From an uncultured Acidobacteriota bacterium (GTDB taxonomy: Bacteria > Acidobacteriota > Vicinamibacteria > Fen-336), in contig OY970399.1 in assembly GCA_963720545.1 (NCBI GenBank), forward strand, positions 2,816,001-2,880,000: a stretch of 64,000 nucleotides of DNA, given 5' to 3'. Position 1 is the stretch's first letter; each line of letters begins with the position of its first letter. The translations under genes were made by a program, and so were the position numbers. The notes under the pieces were generated by a model, which had not been told where the DNA came from, did not search any database, and saw only the letters and a program-made list of their open reading frames with translations. This document shows, in pieces, positions 20,880 to 34,718 of this stretch.

Positions 20880-21500
20880 ATGAGCCTTCACGTCGTCCAG
20901 CACCCACTCGTCGAGGACGTTCTCGCGCGCCTGCGCGACAAGGGCACCCCGTCCGACAAGTTCCGGCGCCTGGCGCACCGCGTCTCGCTGCTGCTGATCG
21001 CCGAGGCGACGCGCGACCTGCCGCTCGCCGACGTGCGCGTCGAGACCCCGCTCGAGATCGCGACCGCCCGCCAGATCCCCACGCGTGTCGTCGCGGTGCC
21101 GGTGCTGCGCGCCGGTCTCGGCATGCTGGAGGCGTTCCTCGAGCTGGTGCCTTTCGCGCAGGTGGGCTACTTCGGCCTCGAGCGCAACGAGCAGACAGCG
21201 GTTGCGCGGCGCTACTACGAAAAGATCCCCGGCGACCTCGGCACCGCCGTGGTGTTCCTGCTCGACCCGATGCTCGCGACCGGCGGCTCCGCGGCCATGG
21301 CCGTCGAGGGCCTGCAGGAGCTGGGCGCGCGCGAGATCCGGCTGCTCTCGATCGTCGCCGCGCCCGAGGGCGTCGCGCATCTCGCGAAGGTGGTGCCGAA
21401 CGCCCGCATCTACACCGCGGCGCTCGACCGCGCCCTGAACGAGCGCAAGTACATCGTGCCCGGGCTCGGCGACTTCGGCGACCGTCTCTACGGCACCTAG
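20880..21500 (+). CDS. upp: Uracil phosphoribosyltransferase
   Basis: PVLRAGLGM, DPMLATGGS and YIVPGLGDFGDR motifs. Confidence 0.97.
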   Translation: MSLHVVQHPLVEDVLARLRDKGTPSDKFRRLAHRVSLLLIAEATRDLPLADVRVETPLEIATARQIPTRVVAVPVLRAGLGMLEAFLELVPFAQVGYFGLERNEQTAVARRYYEKIPGDLGTAVVFLLDPMLATGGSAAMAVEGLQELGAREIRLLSIVAAPEGVAHLAKVVPNARIYTAALDRALNERKYIVPGLGDFGDRLYGT

Positions 21501-21557
21501 CGCCGGACGCAGGTTTCCTGCGTGCAACCTGGGCGGCGACGCTATACTCCTTCCTGA

Positions 21558-21836
21558 ATGCGCCTGACGACGAACGAGATCGAGTACGTTTCCCGCAAGC
21601 TGGTGAAGACGCTGGTCGCCGACGGCTCCATCGAGGTCGACAACACCGAGCGCGTTGTGGCGGGCATCGCCAGGGCGATGACCGAGGAGCTCGCGGTCGA
21701 GGATCGGCTGAACGACGAAGTCCGCGCCGCGCTCTCCGAGCACACCGGCACCATGGAGCGTTCCGACATCACCTACACCGACATGTTCAAGGCGCTGAAA
21801 CGCAAGATGGCCAAGGAGAAGGGGGTCATCCTGTGA
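21558..21836 (+). CDS. DUF507 family protein
   Basis: MRLT...IEYVS, EDRLNDEVR and MFKALKRKMAKEKGVIL match the DUF507 pattern. Confidence 0.75.
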   Translation: MRLTTNEIEYVSRKLVKTLVADGSIEVDNTERVVAGIARAMTEELAVEDRLNDEVRAALSEHTGTMERSDITYTDMFKALKRKMAKEKGVIL

Positions 21837-22117
21837 AGCTGTCGCGCGAGAAGTCGATCAAGCTCTCGCACGTGGTGCTCGACTACCTGCTGCAGGACGA
21901 CGGCGTCGAGTACTTCGACGAGCCGCAGGAGCTGCGCGGCAAGGTGTTCCACATGATCGAGGCGGAGATGCGCGCCGACGAAGCCATCGATGCGCTCGCG
22001 CGCCGCAAGATCGAGAGCCAGCGCCGCGACATCCCCGAAGGCTCGTCCGAGTGGGAAGTCCTCTATCGCAAGTATTACGAAGAGGAGACGGCCAAGCACC
22101 GCAAGGTGATGCCGTAG
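21833..22117 (+). CDS. DUF507 family protein
   Basis: MKLSREKSIKLSH and RRKIESQRRDIPEGSSEWEVLYRKYYEEE match the second DUF507 type, which is usually paired. Confidence 0.78.
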   Translation: MKLSREKSIKLSHVVLDYLLQDDGVEYFDEPQELRGKVFHMIEAEMRADEAIDALARRKIESQRRDIPEGSSEWEVLYRKYYEEETAKHRKVMP

Positions 22118-22119
22118 GG

Positions 22120-23088
22120 TTGCGGCCCAGGAGCGTCCTCGTCGCCGGCGCTGTCTTGTTCCTGGGCCTGGCCGTCCTCTGTGTCTACCAGACAGCGGGC
22201 CGCGTTGTGGCGACGCGGGGCGCGGGCGAAGCGCCGACGCTGGTGGCATCGTGGGGCAGCGCCGGCGTCACGCTCTCCGGCGCCGTTTCAGCGGTAGACC
22301 ACGAACGCATCCTCGCCGCCGCCAGGAAATCCTTCGGCAACGAGCGCGTCACTGCTGTGCAGCTGCGCGCCGAGCCGCGGGCGGCCGCCCTCTTCGACCT
22401 GGCCGAACTCCTGGCGACCGCGCCGCGCACCGTCACCGAAGGCGTGCTCGAGGTGGACGACAAGAAGCTGCGCATCAGCGGCAGCGTGCCTACGGAAGCG
22501 GCACGCGCCGACCTGGCCGCGGCGCTCGGCGGCATCACCGGGCCGGCGCTGCGCATCGTCGACGACATGACGGTGACGGAAACGCCGCATGTCGCCGAGG
22601 CTGCCGCCGCGACGGCCGAACCGGCGGGTGAACCGGTCGAATCGAGCGCGCCACCCGCGGCCAGCGCCGCGCCGCAGCCAGGCGCCAAACCGAAGCCGAA
22701 GCCAACGGCACGCCCCGCGCCCGATCTCGAGACGGCGATCGCCGCCATCCTCGACGACCGGCCCATCGAATTCGCGCTCGGCAGCGCCATGCTCACGGCG
22801 CGCAGCCGCCGCACGCTCGACCAGGTGGTGCCGCTGTTGAAGAAGAACCCACGTGCGCACTTGCTGGTGGCCAGCCACACCGACATCTGGGGCGGCACCG
22901 CGCACAACAAGCTGCTCAGCCAGAAGCGTGCCGACGCCGTGGTGGCGCACTTCGTGCGCCGCGGCCTCGACCGCCGGCGCTTCACCGCCGTCGGCTACGG
23001 CGAGACGCGGCCAATCGCGACGGGCCGCACGGTCAAGGACATCTCGCGCAACCGGCGCACGGAGATCCACGTGCAAAAGGGGAGGTGA
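22120..23088 (+). CDS. Membrane-anchored BON-like plus OmpA C-terminal peptidoglycan-binding protein
   Basis: N-terminal TM, two VTLSGAV/LRISGSVP BON-like repeats, Pro/Ala linker, and OmpA-C motifs HTD..G....N..LSQKRA.AV, GYGETRP, NRRTEI. Confidence 0.85.
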   Translation: MRPRSVLVAGAVLFLGLAVLCVYQTAGRVVATRGAGEAPTLVASWGSAGVTLSGAVSAVDHERILAAARKSFGNERVTAVQLRAEPRAAALFDLAELLATAPRTVTEGVLEVDDKKLRISGSVPTEAARADLAAALGGITGPALRIVDDMTVTETPHVAEAAAATAEPAGEPVESSAPPAASAAPQPGAKPKPKPTARPAPDLETAIAAILDDRPIEFALGSAMLTARSRRTLDQVVPLLKKNPRAHLLVASHTDIWGGTAHNKLLSQKRADAVVAHFVRRGLDRRRFTAVGYGETRPIATGRTVKDISRNRRTEIHVQKGR

Positions 23089-23091
23089 CAG

Positions 23092-23805
23092 TTGCTCTCG
23101 GTGGTTTCCCAGATCCTCCTGTACCTGTTCGCGGCGGCGCTCCTCGGCTTCGGCGTCGGCTACCTCTATCGCCGCCAGCAGACGGCCGCCGACTCGGCCG
23201 CCGCCGAGCTCGAGGCGCAGATCCGCAACGAGTCGCGCGACCAGGAACTACAGTCGTTGCGCCGCGACGCCGAGATGAAGAAGACCGCCGTCGAGGCGCT
23301 GCAGACAAAGCTCGACTCGGCAGAGGTGAAGCGCCTCGGCCTCGAAGGCACGGTCGCCGAGCGTGAGGCGCGCATCCGCGAGCTGCGCGGCGAGCTGGCG
23401 GCGAACCAGGCCGGCGCCGAGAAGGAAGTGGACGCGTTGCGCGCCCGCCTCAAGGAAGCGCACGACGAGCAGAAGGCGCGCGCGAAGAACACCGGCGACC
23501 TCGAAGCCGCCGCCGCCAAGGCCCGCTCCGCCTTCGAGGCGCGCGACAAGGAAGCCGCCGAACTGCGCGCCCGCCTCTCGGAAAGCGAAGCCCTGCAAAA
23601 AGACCTGCGCGCCCAGGCCGCCCGCCTCCGCGACCTCGAACGCAAGGGCATCGAAGCCCAGCAGCACGGCCAGTCCCGCGAACTCCAAAGCGACGACGCC
23701 CGCCTCCAGGAACTCGAGTCCCGCTTCCAGCACCAGCTCGACACCAAAACCGCCGAGCTAGACCGCCTCCGCAGGCGAATCTTGGAACTGGAAGGCGGCG
23801 ACTAG
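23092..23805 (+). CDS. Membrane-anchored coiled-coil protein
   Basis: Single N-terminal TM then heptad-rich E/R/K/A/L sequence. GGAGG RBS upstream. Confidence 0.75.
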   Translation: MLSVVSQILLYLFAAALLGFGVGYLYRRQQTAADSAAAELEAQIRNESRDQELQSLRRDAEMKKTAVEALQTKLDSAEVKRLGLEGTVAEREARIRELRGELAANQAGAEKEVDALRARLKEAHDEQKARAKNTGDLEAAAAKARSAFEARDKEAAELRARLSESEALQKDLRAQAARLRDLERKGIEAQQHGQSRELQSDDARLQELESRFQHQLDTKTAELDRLRRRILELEGGD

Positions 23806-23807
23806 CT

Positions 23808-24213
23808 ATCGAGAGATTGGCTGTCTCCCGTCCAATCTCTCGATTTCCGTTGTTCCGTTAATCCGTTTCCCGAGCGCTTGCGACAGCATCCGTTCTCCCG
23901 AGGCGCGCGAGCGCGCCGAGGGATCCCAGAGTCCGTTCCTTCGTCCGTTCCCAGGCGCTTGCGACAGCGTTCGTTTTTTCAAAATCATCGACGAATTGGC
24001 CGTCTCTCCGCCCAATTCGTCGATTACCTGTGTCCGGACACAGTAATCGACGGATTGGGGGGGACGCTACCCGTCATGATTGACGCAACCGCCTGGGAAA
24101 CGGAAAACAACCGTTGTCGCAAGCGCCTGGGGAAGGGACTAAGGAAAGGAAATCGACGGATTGGTCAGGGACAGCCAGCCAATCCGTCGATGACGGCAAT
24201 CCGTCGATGACGG
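23808..24213. repeat. Intergenic cluster of REP-like hairpin/box repeats in inverted arrangement
   Basis: 13-bp-stem hairpins at 23808-23844, 23987-24024 and 24152-24191. Box TCCGTT(T/C)CCCAGGCGCTTGCGACAGC forward at ~23861 and ~23944 and reversed at ~24081 and ~24115. Lies between convergent genes. Confidence 0.85.
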
Positions 24214-24255
24214 GGTCCCTCGATCGCGGCGCGAGCGCTGCACTCCTCGGGAAAA

Positions 24256-24984
24256 CTAGAACCTAATCGTCAAACCTCCACCTGCAGACAGGCCGCCCGC
24301 TTTGACGTCGGCGCCGCCTTCGGAGATGGTCGCGGTGCTGTAGCGGCCGCGCAGGCCGAGGCCGACCGAGTTGCTGAACCAGAAGTCGAGGCCGGCGCCG
24401 GCGTTGAAGCCGATCTTGTTCTTCTTGATCGCAAGCGGTTCGATGCCGTTCACCGTGATCTCGTCGTGGGGATAGAGCGACGTGTAGTCGACGCGGGCGA
24501 GGCCCTGGGTGTCCACCCTGAAGTAGGTGGGCCCGGCGAAGATCGAGAAGCCGACGCGGCCATTGCCCGAGGAGTTGAGGACGAGGTCGAGGTGGATCGC
24601 CTGTTCGGAGAAAGCGACGTCGGTGGTGGCCGTGCCGGTGCGCGGCTGGTTGAAGAAGAACGGATGCGGCACCGAGGCGGTCACCTCGACCTCGTTCTTG
24701 CGGCTGGTGCTGTGGAAGCCCACCGCGACGCCGACGTTCGGCGAGAAGTCGAACTCCAGGCTGCCGTCGAAGCCAGCACCCTTCTTCCGTGAGAAGGACG
24801 CGGTGGCGGTGGTCATCTCCTGGTTCTCTGGGTAGCTGACGCTCTGGTCGAAGGATGACGACGTCAGAAAATACGCGGCGCCCGCGTAGAGGCGGAGTTT
24901 CTGCGTCTTTGCGGGCTGCGCGGCTGCCGAGCCCGCGGTGAGCAAGCCGCAGAACAGCGCGGCGACGGCGATGAAACTCTTCAT
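24256..24984 (-). CDS. Outer-membrane beta-barrel protein
   Basis: Signal peptide MKSFIAVAALF...AAA, amphipathic strands (GFNAGAGLDFWF), C-terminal Phe (GGGLTIRF). Confidence 0.8.
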   Translation of the reverse strand: MKSFIAVAALFCGLLTAGSAAAQPAKTQKLRLYAGAAYFLTSSSFDQSVSYPENQEMTTATASFSRKKGAGFDGSLEFDFSPNVGVAVGFHSTSRKNEVEVTASVPHPFFFNQPRTGTATTDVAFSEQAIHLDLVLNSSGNGRVGFSIFAGPTYFRVDTQGLARVDYTSLYPHDEITVNGIEPLAIKKNKIGFNAGAGLDFWFSNSVGLGLRGRYSTATISEGGADVKAGGLSAGGGLTIRF

Positions 24985-25004
24985 TGCGATTGTCTCCTGA
25001 GATC

Positions 25005-26669
25005 TCAATTGACGCCGACCGCGGTCCACGCCTGCGTGATCGCCTGTTCGACCGACGGTGTCGAGCCATAGAGATCGCGCGCCGCCTGAATCGTGGCCAC
25101 GCGCGCCGTTGCGAAGTTGGCTCCGGCCGGCAGGTTGGTGAACGCGGTGTACATCACCTTCTCGATCTGCTCGCGGTTGGCGGCGCCGACGCCCTGCACG
25201 GATAGGTGCGACACCCGGTTGGTTCCGCCTTCGATCGCGAGGTAGTAGACGTGATTGGGGATCCCGGAATTGGTGTGCACGCCGCCGTTGTCGACTGAAC
25301 CGAGGAAGCGAATCGAATAGTGATCGGGATCGCCGAACGCCTGCGGATTCTGCATGGAACGGAGTCCACCCGGAGTGAAGATGTCCTCGGCATTCAGGTA
25401 ATCGGCGCGCGCCGGCTGAAAGAAGAACTCGACGGACGTGCCCATCATGTCGGAGAACGACTCGTTGAGTGCGCCCGATTCGTTCTCGTAGATCAGGCCC
25501 GACGTGTAGTCGGTGACGCCGTGGGTCAGCTCATGGCCCACGACGTCGATGGCGCCCGCCCAGTAATCGACGTGTTGGCGGCTCGGAATCACTACGAAAT
25601 TGTCCGGCAGGCCTTCGCCGTACATCATCACGCCGCCACCGAGATAGGCGGCGTTCAGGTAGAAGTCGCCGACGATTCCGTCGGGGTAGATCCCGATGTC
25701 CGCCCGGTTCACGGGGTGAACGATGCTGCGAATCGCCAAGTTGGCATTGTCGAGCCCTCGCCGGCCGAAGCGCTTGAAGTAATAGTCGTAGGTGAACCCG
25801 GAATAGGCGTGGGCATCGACGTTCGCGGCATCTGTCCAGGTGTTGTCGGCGTCGACCGCCAGGTCGGCGTCGACGAACCCGGCGATGAAGGCGCTGAATG
25901 TCGGCGCATCGAGAATGTTGAGCACCTTGAAGAGGTCGCCGCGATAGTCGTAGGTGTAGATGCGCGGCGGGCGCAGCAGGTCGGCAGCGTTGTAGCCAGC
26001 ACCCTGCTTGCGCACGCTGAGCTTCTTCTGGTCGTGAATGACGCCCGTGCCCGTGCCGACGGCCGAGTCGGTGACCGACTGCGCCTGGAGGTCCGTGTAC
26101 GAATGTGCCACCGCGCCGGTTGCGGCGTCGATGAAGTACATGCGGATGTCGAACTCGGTGGCGCTCGAGATCAGGGCGCGGACCCGGTACGCGAGGACAT
26201 AGCTGCCGTCCTGCCGTGGGTAGATGACGAGCTGCGGCCCGGCATCCCGGCCGAACGGCTTGCCACCAAGCCGTGCCACAGCGGTCTCGGCCTCGCGCGC
26301 GCTGATGCGGGGGTTCACGTTGAGACCGATGCCGTCGTGGACGGTGCCGAGGATCGAGACGACGCCCTGCGCGCCGACCTGGCGGACGATTTCGCCGCCA
26401 AAGATCGGCACTCCCTTGTAGGTTTGCACCATGCGCTCGTGCTGGCGGCCTGCGACCAGCGCGTCGTTGTCGACGCGCGCGATGTGCAGCGTGCCTTCGC
26501 CCAGCATGCGCTCGACCGCGGCGTCCGCGGAGCCAAGTTCCTGTGCGCTCGAGGCCGACGAAAGCGTCAGGCGTTTTTCTGCCGCGGCGGCATTGGGGGC
26601 GAGAAAGGCGATTGCGGCGAAGAAGCTGGCGCCGCACAGTCCTGCGGTGGATACCGTCCTGAGTCTCAT
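25005..26669 (-). CDS. Secreted M4 (thermolysin-like) zinc metalloprotease with FTP/PepSY propeptide
   Basis: Signal peptide, QTYKGVPIFG propeptide, YFIDAATG, HELTH, GALNESFSD and DNGGVHTNSGIPN. AGGAGG RBS. Confidence 0.95.
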   Translation of the reverse strand: MRLRTVSTAGLCGASFFAAIAFLAPNAAAAEKRLTLSSASSAQELGSADAAVERMLGEGTLHIARVDNDALVAGRQHERMVQTYKGVPIFGGEIVRQVGAQGVVSILGTVHDGIGLNVNPRISAREAETAVARLGGKPFGRDAGPQLVIYPRQDGSYVLAYRVRALISSATEFDIRMYFIDAATGAVAHSYTDLQAQSVTDSAVGTGTGVIHDQKKLSVRKQGAGYNAADLLRPPRIYTYDYRGDLFKVLNILDAPTFSAFIAGFVDADLAVDADNTWTDAANVDAHAYSGFTYDYYFKRFGRRGLDNANLAIRSIVHPVNRADIGIYPDGIVGDFYLNAAYLGGGVMMYGEGLPDNFVVIPSRQHVDYWAGAIDVVGHELTHGVTDYTSGLIYENESGALNESFSDMMGTSVEFFFQPARADYLNAEDIFTPGGLRSMQNPQAFGDPDHYSIRFLGSVDNGGVHTNSGIPNHVYYLAIEGGTNRVSHLSVQGVGAANREQIEKVMYTAFTNLPAGANFATARVATIQAARDLYGSTPSVEQAITQAWTAVGVN

Positions 26670-26795
26670 TGGTCCTCCTGGCGAAGACCTGCAATCTAAC
26701 CCAATTTGCGCGTCGAGAACGCAAACGATTCGCGGTAAGATCGCTGCGCTTTTAGCCGCGATTTTCTTGCGCTGCGACCCTGTGACAACGGTTAG

Positions 26796-27442
26796 ATGAC
26801 CCAGATCTTTCATCGCAGCACCAACACGGTGGCGAAAGCCAGCATTTTCGGCGGGATTTTCCTGCTGGGCGGTGGTGTTGCGCTGGCGCTGGCACTGGCG
26901 CGCTCGCCCTACGCAACCAGGCAAGGGCTGCCGCTGAACCAGCCGATCCCCTTCAGCCACGTGCACCACGTCGCCGGCATCGGCATCGACTGCCGCTACT
27001 GTCACACGACCGTCGAAAAGGCGGCGGTCGCGAGCATCCCGCCCACCAAGACCTGCATGAACTGCCACTCGCAGATCTGGAAGGACAGCCCGGTGCTCGA
27101 GCCGGTGCGCGCCAGCTTTCGCAACAACACCGCGATCGCGTGGACCAAGGTCAACGACCTGCCCGACTTCGTGTACTTCAACCACAGCGCGCACGTGAAC
27201 AAGGGCGTCGGCTGCACCACCTGTCACGGCCGTGTCGACCAGATGCCGCTGATGGTGCAGGCACAGCCGCTGACGATGGAATGGTGCCTCGACTGCCACC
27301 GCGACCCGGCGAAGTACGTCCGGCCCAAGGAAGAGGTGTTCAACGTGGCCTACGAGCCGCCTGCGGATCAGGACGTGCTCGGCCGCAAGCTCGTCGCCGA
27401 GTACCACATCAACACCCGCACCAGCTGCTCGACGTGCCACCG

Positions 27443-27446
<4 letters not shown>
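26796..27446 (+). CDS. actA: Alternative complex III pentaheme cytochrome c subunit
   Basis: TM anchor, QPIPFSH, five CxxCH motifs (CRYCH, CMNCH, CTTCH, CLDCH, CSTCH) and LPDFVYFNH. Confidence 0.93.
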
Positions 27447-30533
<3,087 letters not shown>

Positions 30534-30541
<8 letters not shown>

Positions 30542-31922
30542 CAGCACCGATCCCTGGGGCGACAAGGCCCCGGTCATCGAGCCGGGGCACGACTTCGCCA
30601 CGGTCACCGACAAGATCGCGAGCATCGTGCTGCGCGGCCGGCAGCCACTCGCCTGGTGGATCGGCGTCTCGATCTCGCTGCTGCTGCTGATGATGCTGCT
30701 GTTCAGCCTCGGCCGTACCTGGTGGCCAAGGGCGTCGGCATGTGGGGCATCCGCGTCCCGGTTGGCTGGGGATTCGGCATCATCAACTTCGTCTGGTGGA
30801 TCGGCATCGGCCACGCCGGCACGCTGATCTCGGCGATCCTGCTGTTGTTCCGCCAGCAGCTGGCGCACTTCGATCAACCGCTTCGCCGAGGCCATGACGC
30901 TGTTCGCGGTGGCCTGCGCGGCGATCTATCCCATCTTCCACACCGGCCGGCCGTGGCTCGCGATCTACTGGCTGCTGCCATACCCCAACACCATGGGGCT
31001 GTGGCCGAACTTCCGCAGCCCGCTCATCTGGGACGTGTTCGCGGTCTCGACCTACGCCACCGTCTCGGCGATGTTCTGGTTCATCGGCCTCATCCCCGAC
31101 CTGGCGACCCTGCGCGACCGCGCCACCAACACGCTTCGCGCGCATCGTGTACGGCATGCTGTCGATGGGCTGGCGCGGCTCGGCGCGCCACTGGCACAAC
31201 TACGAAACCGCCTACCTGCTGATGGCAGGACTGTCGACGCCGCTGGTGCTGTCGGTGCACACGGTGGTGAGCTTCGACTTCGCGGTCGGCATCGTTCCCG
31301 GCTGGCACGCCACCATCTTCCCGCCCTACTTCGTCGCCGGCGCCATCTACGCCGGGTTCGCCATGGTGCTGACGCTCGCCATCCCGCTGCGCCGCATCTA
31401 CGGCCTCGAGGGCTTCATCACCATGCGCCACCTCGACAACATGGCGAAGGTCATGCTCGCGACCGGCCTGATCGTCGGCTACGGCTATTCGATGGAAGCG
31501 TTCATGGCGTGGTACAGCGGCAACCCGTTCGAGCGCTTCATGATGTGGAACCGCATGTTCGGCAAGCCTTCGGCGTCTTGTACTGGGCGCTCATCTTCTG
31601 CAACGTCATCACCATCAACACGCTGTGGTCGCGGCGCCTGCGCAACAGCATCGCCTGGCTGTTCGGCGTGTCGCTCATCGTCAGCGTCGGCATGTGGCTG
31701 GAGCGCTTCGTCATCATCGTCATCAGCCTGCACCGCGACTTCCTGCCGTCGTCCTGGGGCATCTTCAAGGGCACGATCTACGACTGGTCGATGTTCCTCG
31801 GCACCATCGGCCTGTTCCTGACCCTGTTCTTCCTGTTCGTGCGGGTGCTGCCGGCCATCTCGATCTTCGAGATGCGCACGCTGGTTCCGGGCGCGCAGCC
31901 GAAGGAAGGCGGCCACGAATGA
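30534..31922 (+). CDS. actC: Alternative complex III ActC (NrfD/PsrC-family quinol-binding membrane subunit), about four apparent frameshifts
   Basis: [57 protein letters not shown] and GMWLERF spread over frames. Shifts near 30712, 30860, 31134 and 31565. Confidence 0.9.
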
Positions 31923-32463
31923 CCGGCCGCGGCGACCTCTACGGCCTCATGGTCGAGTTCCACGACCCGCACGCCGCGGTGGAGGCGGCGCGCGCGGTGA
32001 CCGCCGCGGGCTACAAGAAGGTCGACGCCTACTCGCCTTATCCGAACGAGGAGCTGTCCGAGGCGCTGCAGTTGCCGAAGTCGCACGTGCCGAAGCTGGT
32101 GCTGCTTGGCGGGTGTCTTCGGCCTGCTCGGCGGGTATGGCCTCGAGTACTGGGCGTCGGCAATCGCCTATCCCGATGAACATCGGCGGCCGTCCGTACC
32201 ACAGCTGGCCGGCCTTCATCCCGCCGGCGTTCGAGACCACCATCCTGGTGGCGGCGGCGTTCGCCGTCCTCGGCATGCTGGCGCTGAACGGCCTGCCGCA
32301 GCCGTACCATCCGGTCTTCAACGTGCCGGCGTTCGCGCTCGCAAGCCGCGACAAGTTCTTCGTCTGCATCGAGTCGAAGGACGCGAAGTTCGAACGCGGC
32401 GGCACCCGGCGCTTCCTCGAATCGCTGCACGGCCAGAGCGGTGTCTACGATGTCGAGCACTGA
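31919..32463 (+). CDS. actD: Alternative complex III ActD (DUF3341), apparent frameshifts
   Basis: YGLMVEF, GYKKVDAYSPYP, NIGGRPYHSWPAFIP..FE.TIL and LNGLPQPYHPVF. Shifts near 32110 and 32175. Confidence 0.87.
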
Positions 32464-32464
32464 G

Positions 32465-33053
32465 ATGAGGGCGAAGCGCCTGCTGCGCGCTGCTGCGCTG
32501 CTTCTCGACAGCGCTCGTGGCGGGCGGCTGCCGGCAGGACATGCACGACCAGCCGCGCTACAAGCCCTATGCGCAGAGCGAATTCTGGGGCGACGACCGC
32601 TCGGCGCGGCCGCTGCCCGAGGGCACGGTGGCGCGCGGCTTCCTGCGCGCCGATGCGGCGTTCTACACCGGCAAGGAGGACGGGGCCTTCGTGGCCTCGT
32701 TCCCGCTCGCGGTGGACGAGGCGTTGCTGCAGCGCGGCCGGCAGCGCTTCGACATCTACTGCACGCCGTGCCACGGCCGCACCGGCGCCGGCAACGGCAT
32801 GGTGGTGCAGCGCGGCCTGAAGCAGCCGCCGTCCTTCCACGTCGCGCGCCTGCGCGACAGCCCGCCCGGCTACTTCTTCGACGTGATGACGAACGGCTTC
32901 GGCGCCATGCAGGACTACGCCGCCGCCATCGAACCGAAGGATCGCTGGGCGATTGCCGCGTACCTGCGCGCATTGCAGTTCAGCCAGGCCGCGGCACCCG
33001 CGGACGTGCCGGCGGCCACGCCGGCCAGCCCCGCCGCGGAGGCGCACGAATGA
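32465..33053 (+). CDS. actE: Alternative complex III ActE monoheme cytochrome c lipoprotein (frameshift in signal region)
   Basis: Lipobox-like AGGC-RQDMHDQPRY, GTVARG, CTPCH and DRWAIAAYLRALQ. Confidence 0.88.
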
Positions 33054-34247
33054 CGTCGAGCGAGCGCACCATTCCGCCGGGCGTCGCCGCGGTGCAGCGC
33101 CTCGGCATGGCCGCGGGCGTCCTCGGCGTCCTGGGCTGCGCCGCCGGCTTGTTCCTGCAGCCCGCGCAGTTCTTCCGCTCGTACCTCTTCGGATTCCTGT
33201 TCTGGGCGTTCCTCGCCTTCGGCGCCACCGCGCTGCTGATGATCCAGCACCTCTCCGGCGGCATGTGGGGGCTCGTCAACCGCCGCATGCTCGAAGCCGC
33301 GAGCCGCACGGCACCGGTGGTGGCGCTGCTCTTCATCCCGGTGGCGCTGGGCATCTCGTCGATCTATCCGTGGGCGCATCCGCAGGACGTGCCCGAGATC
33401 GTGCGCCTCAAGCTCGGCTACCTGAACGCGCCGTTCTTCACCTTGCGCGCCGCCGCCTACTTCTTCCTCTGGATGGTCGTCACTTTGTTCCTCAACAAGT
33501 GGTCGCTGCAAGCAGGACCGCGAGCCGAGTGCAGGCGCTCAGCTACCGCCTCGAGAACCTCTCCGGCGCTGGCCTCGTGCTGCTGGCGTTCGTTACTACC
33601 TTCGCCTCGATCGACTGGGCGATGTCCCTCTCGCCCGACTGGTTCTCGACCATCTACGGCGTGCTCTTCATGGTCGGCGGCCTGTTGTCTCGGCGTGGTC
33701 TTTCGTCATCCTGCTGATCGCCGTCTGGGGCGACGACGCAGCCGTTCGATCGCGTCTGCGAAGCCCGGACTTCATCCAGGACATGGGCAAGTTCCTGCTG
33801 ACCTTCATCATGCTGTGGGCCTACATGCACCTCTCGCAGTTCCTCATTATCTGGTCCGGGAACCTGCCCGAGGAGATCCCCTGGTACCTGAACGCGCATG
33901 AGCGGGCGCCTACATGTACCTGGGACAGGCGCTCGTGGTGCTTCACTTCGCCCTGCCGTTCCTGATACTGCTGTCGCGCGATTTGAAGCGCGTGCGCAAG
34001 AAGCTCGCCGATGGTCGCGGGCCTGGTCTTCGTCATGCGCGCCTTCGAACTGCTGTGGATCATCGGCCCGCGAGATCCACGGGGCGTCGTGGTGCACTGG
34101 CTGGACGTCGCGGCCTGGGCGGCGGTCGGCGGCATCTGGGTGTGGTTCTTCACCCAGCAGCTCAAGAACCGGCCGATGCTGCCGCTCGGCGAACCCGAGC
34201 ATCCGCGAATTGCTCGAGTGCCAAGGCGGAGGCACCAGGCGCGATGA
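33050..34247 (+). CDS. actF: Alternative complex III ActF membrane subunit, several apparent frameshifts
   Basis: FFRSYL, QHLSGGMWG...R, YLNAPFF, SIDWAMSL..WFSTIYG, DMGKFLL...WAY...SQFLIIWSGNLPEEIPWY. 3' end approximate. Confidence 0.85.
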
Positions 34248-34718
34248 CCACGACGCAGCACGGGCACGGCTACCGACGGCTCCCGCTCGAATCCGCACGT
34301 GCGCTACGAAACCGTAGACATCGACGGCTCGCCGATCATGCGCTCGGCCGTATACCTGTTCGTCATCCTGACCATGGTGCTGGCGCTCCTCTGGTTCTTC
34401 TTTGGCTTCCTCACGCGCCGCGAAGCCGCCGCGCAGCCGCCGCCACGGCCGATCGCCTTTCCCGCGGACCGCCGGCCGCCGCTGCCGAACCTGCTCATCG
34501 ACGAGCCGAAGAACCTGAAGGAGTTCCGCGCGAGCGAGGATGCGCTGCTGCATTCCTCGGGCACGGTCGATCCGGCGCCCGCCGGCGGCGGTGAGCCCGT
34601 GATGCGCATCCCCATCGACGACGCGATCCGCATCGTGGCGAAGCGTGGGCTGCCTACGCGCAGCACGCCGTCGGCGTCACCAAGCGCGACGCCGTCGCCC
34701 GCAAAGGCGAGCCACTGA
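34244..34718 (+). CDS. ActG-like single-TM accessory subunit (frameshift near N-terminus)
   Basis: RYE..DI, a TM helix, PP.P.L..DE...L..FR..E...L and MRIPIDDAI. Located between actF and sco. Confidence 0.65.

Noticed and set aside
23806..24210. Short ORFs 23806-24015(-) and 23878-24210(+), and likewise 54836-55105(+)
   Set aside because: They are translations of the repeat elements with no recognisable protein features.
26700..26795. TTTGCG-N9-CGCAAA inverted repeat and RegA/PrrA-like GCG...CGC boxes upstream of actA
   Set aside because: Short GC-rich motifs are expected by chance at this composition and cannot be supported without comparative data.
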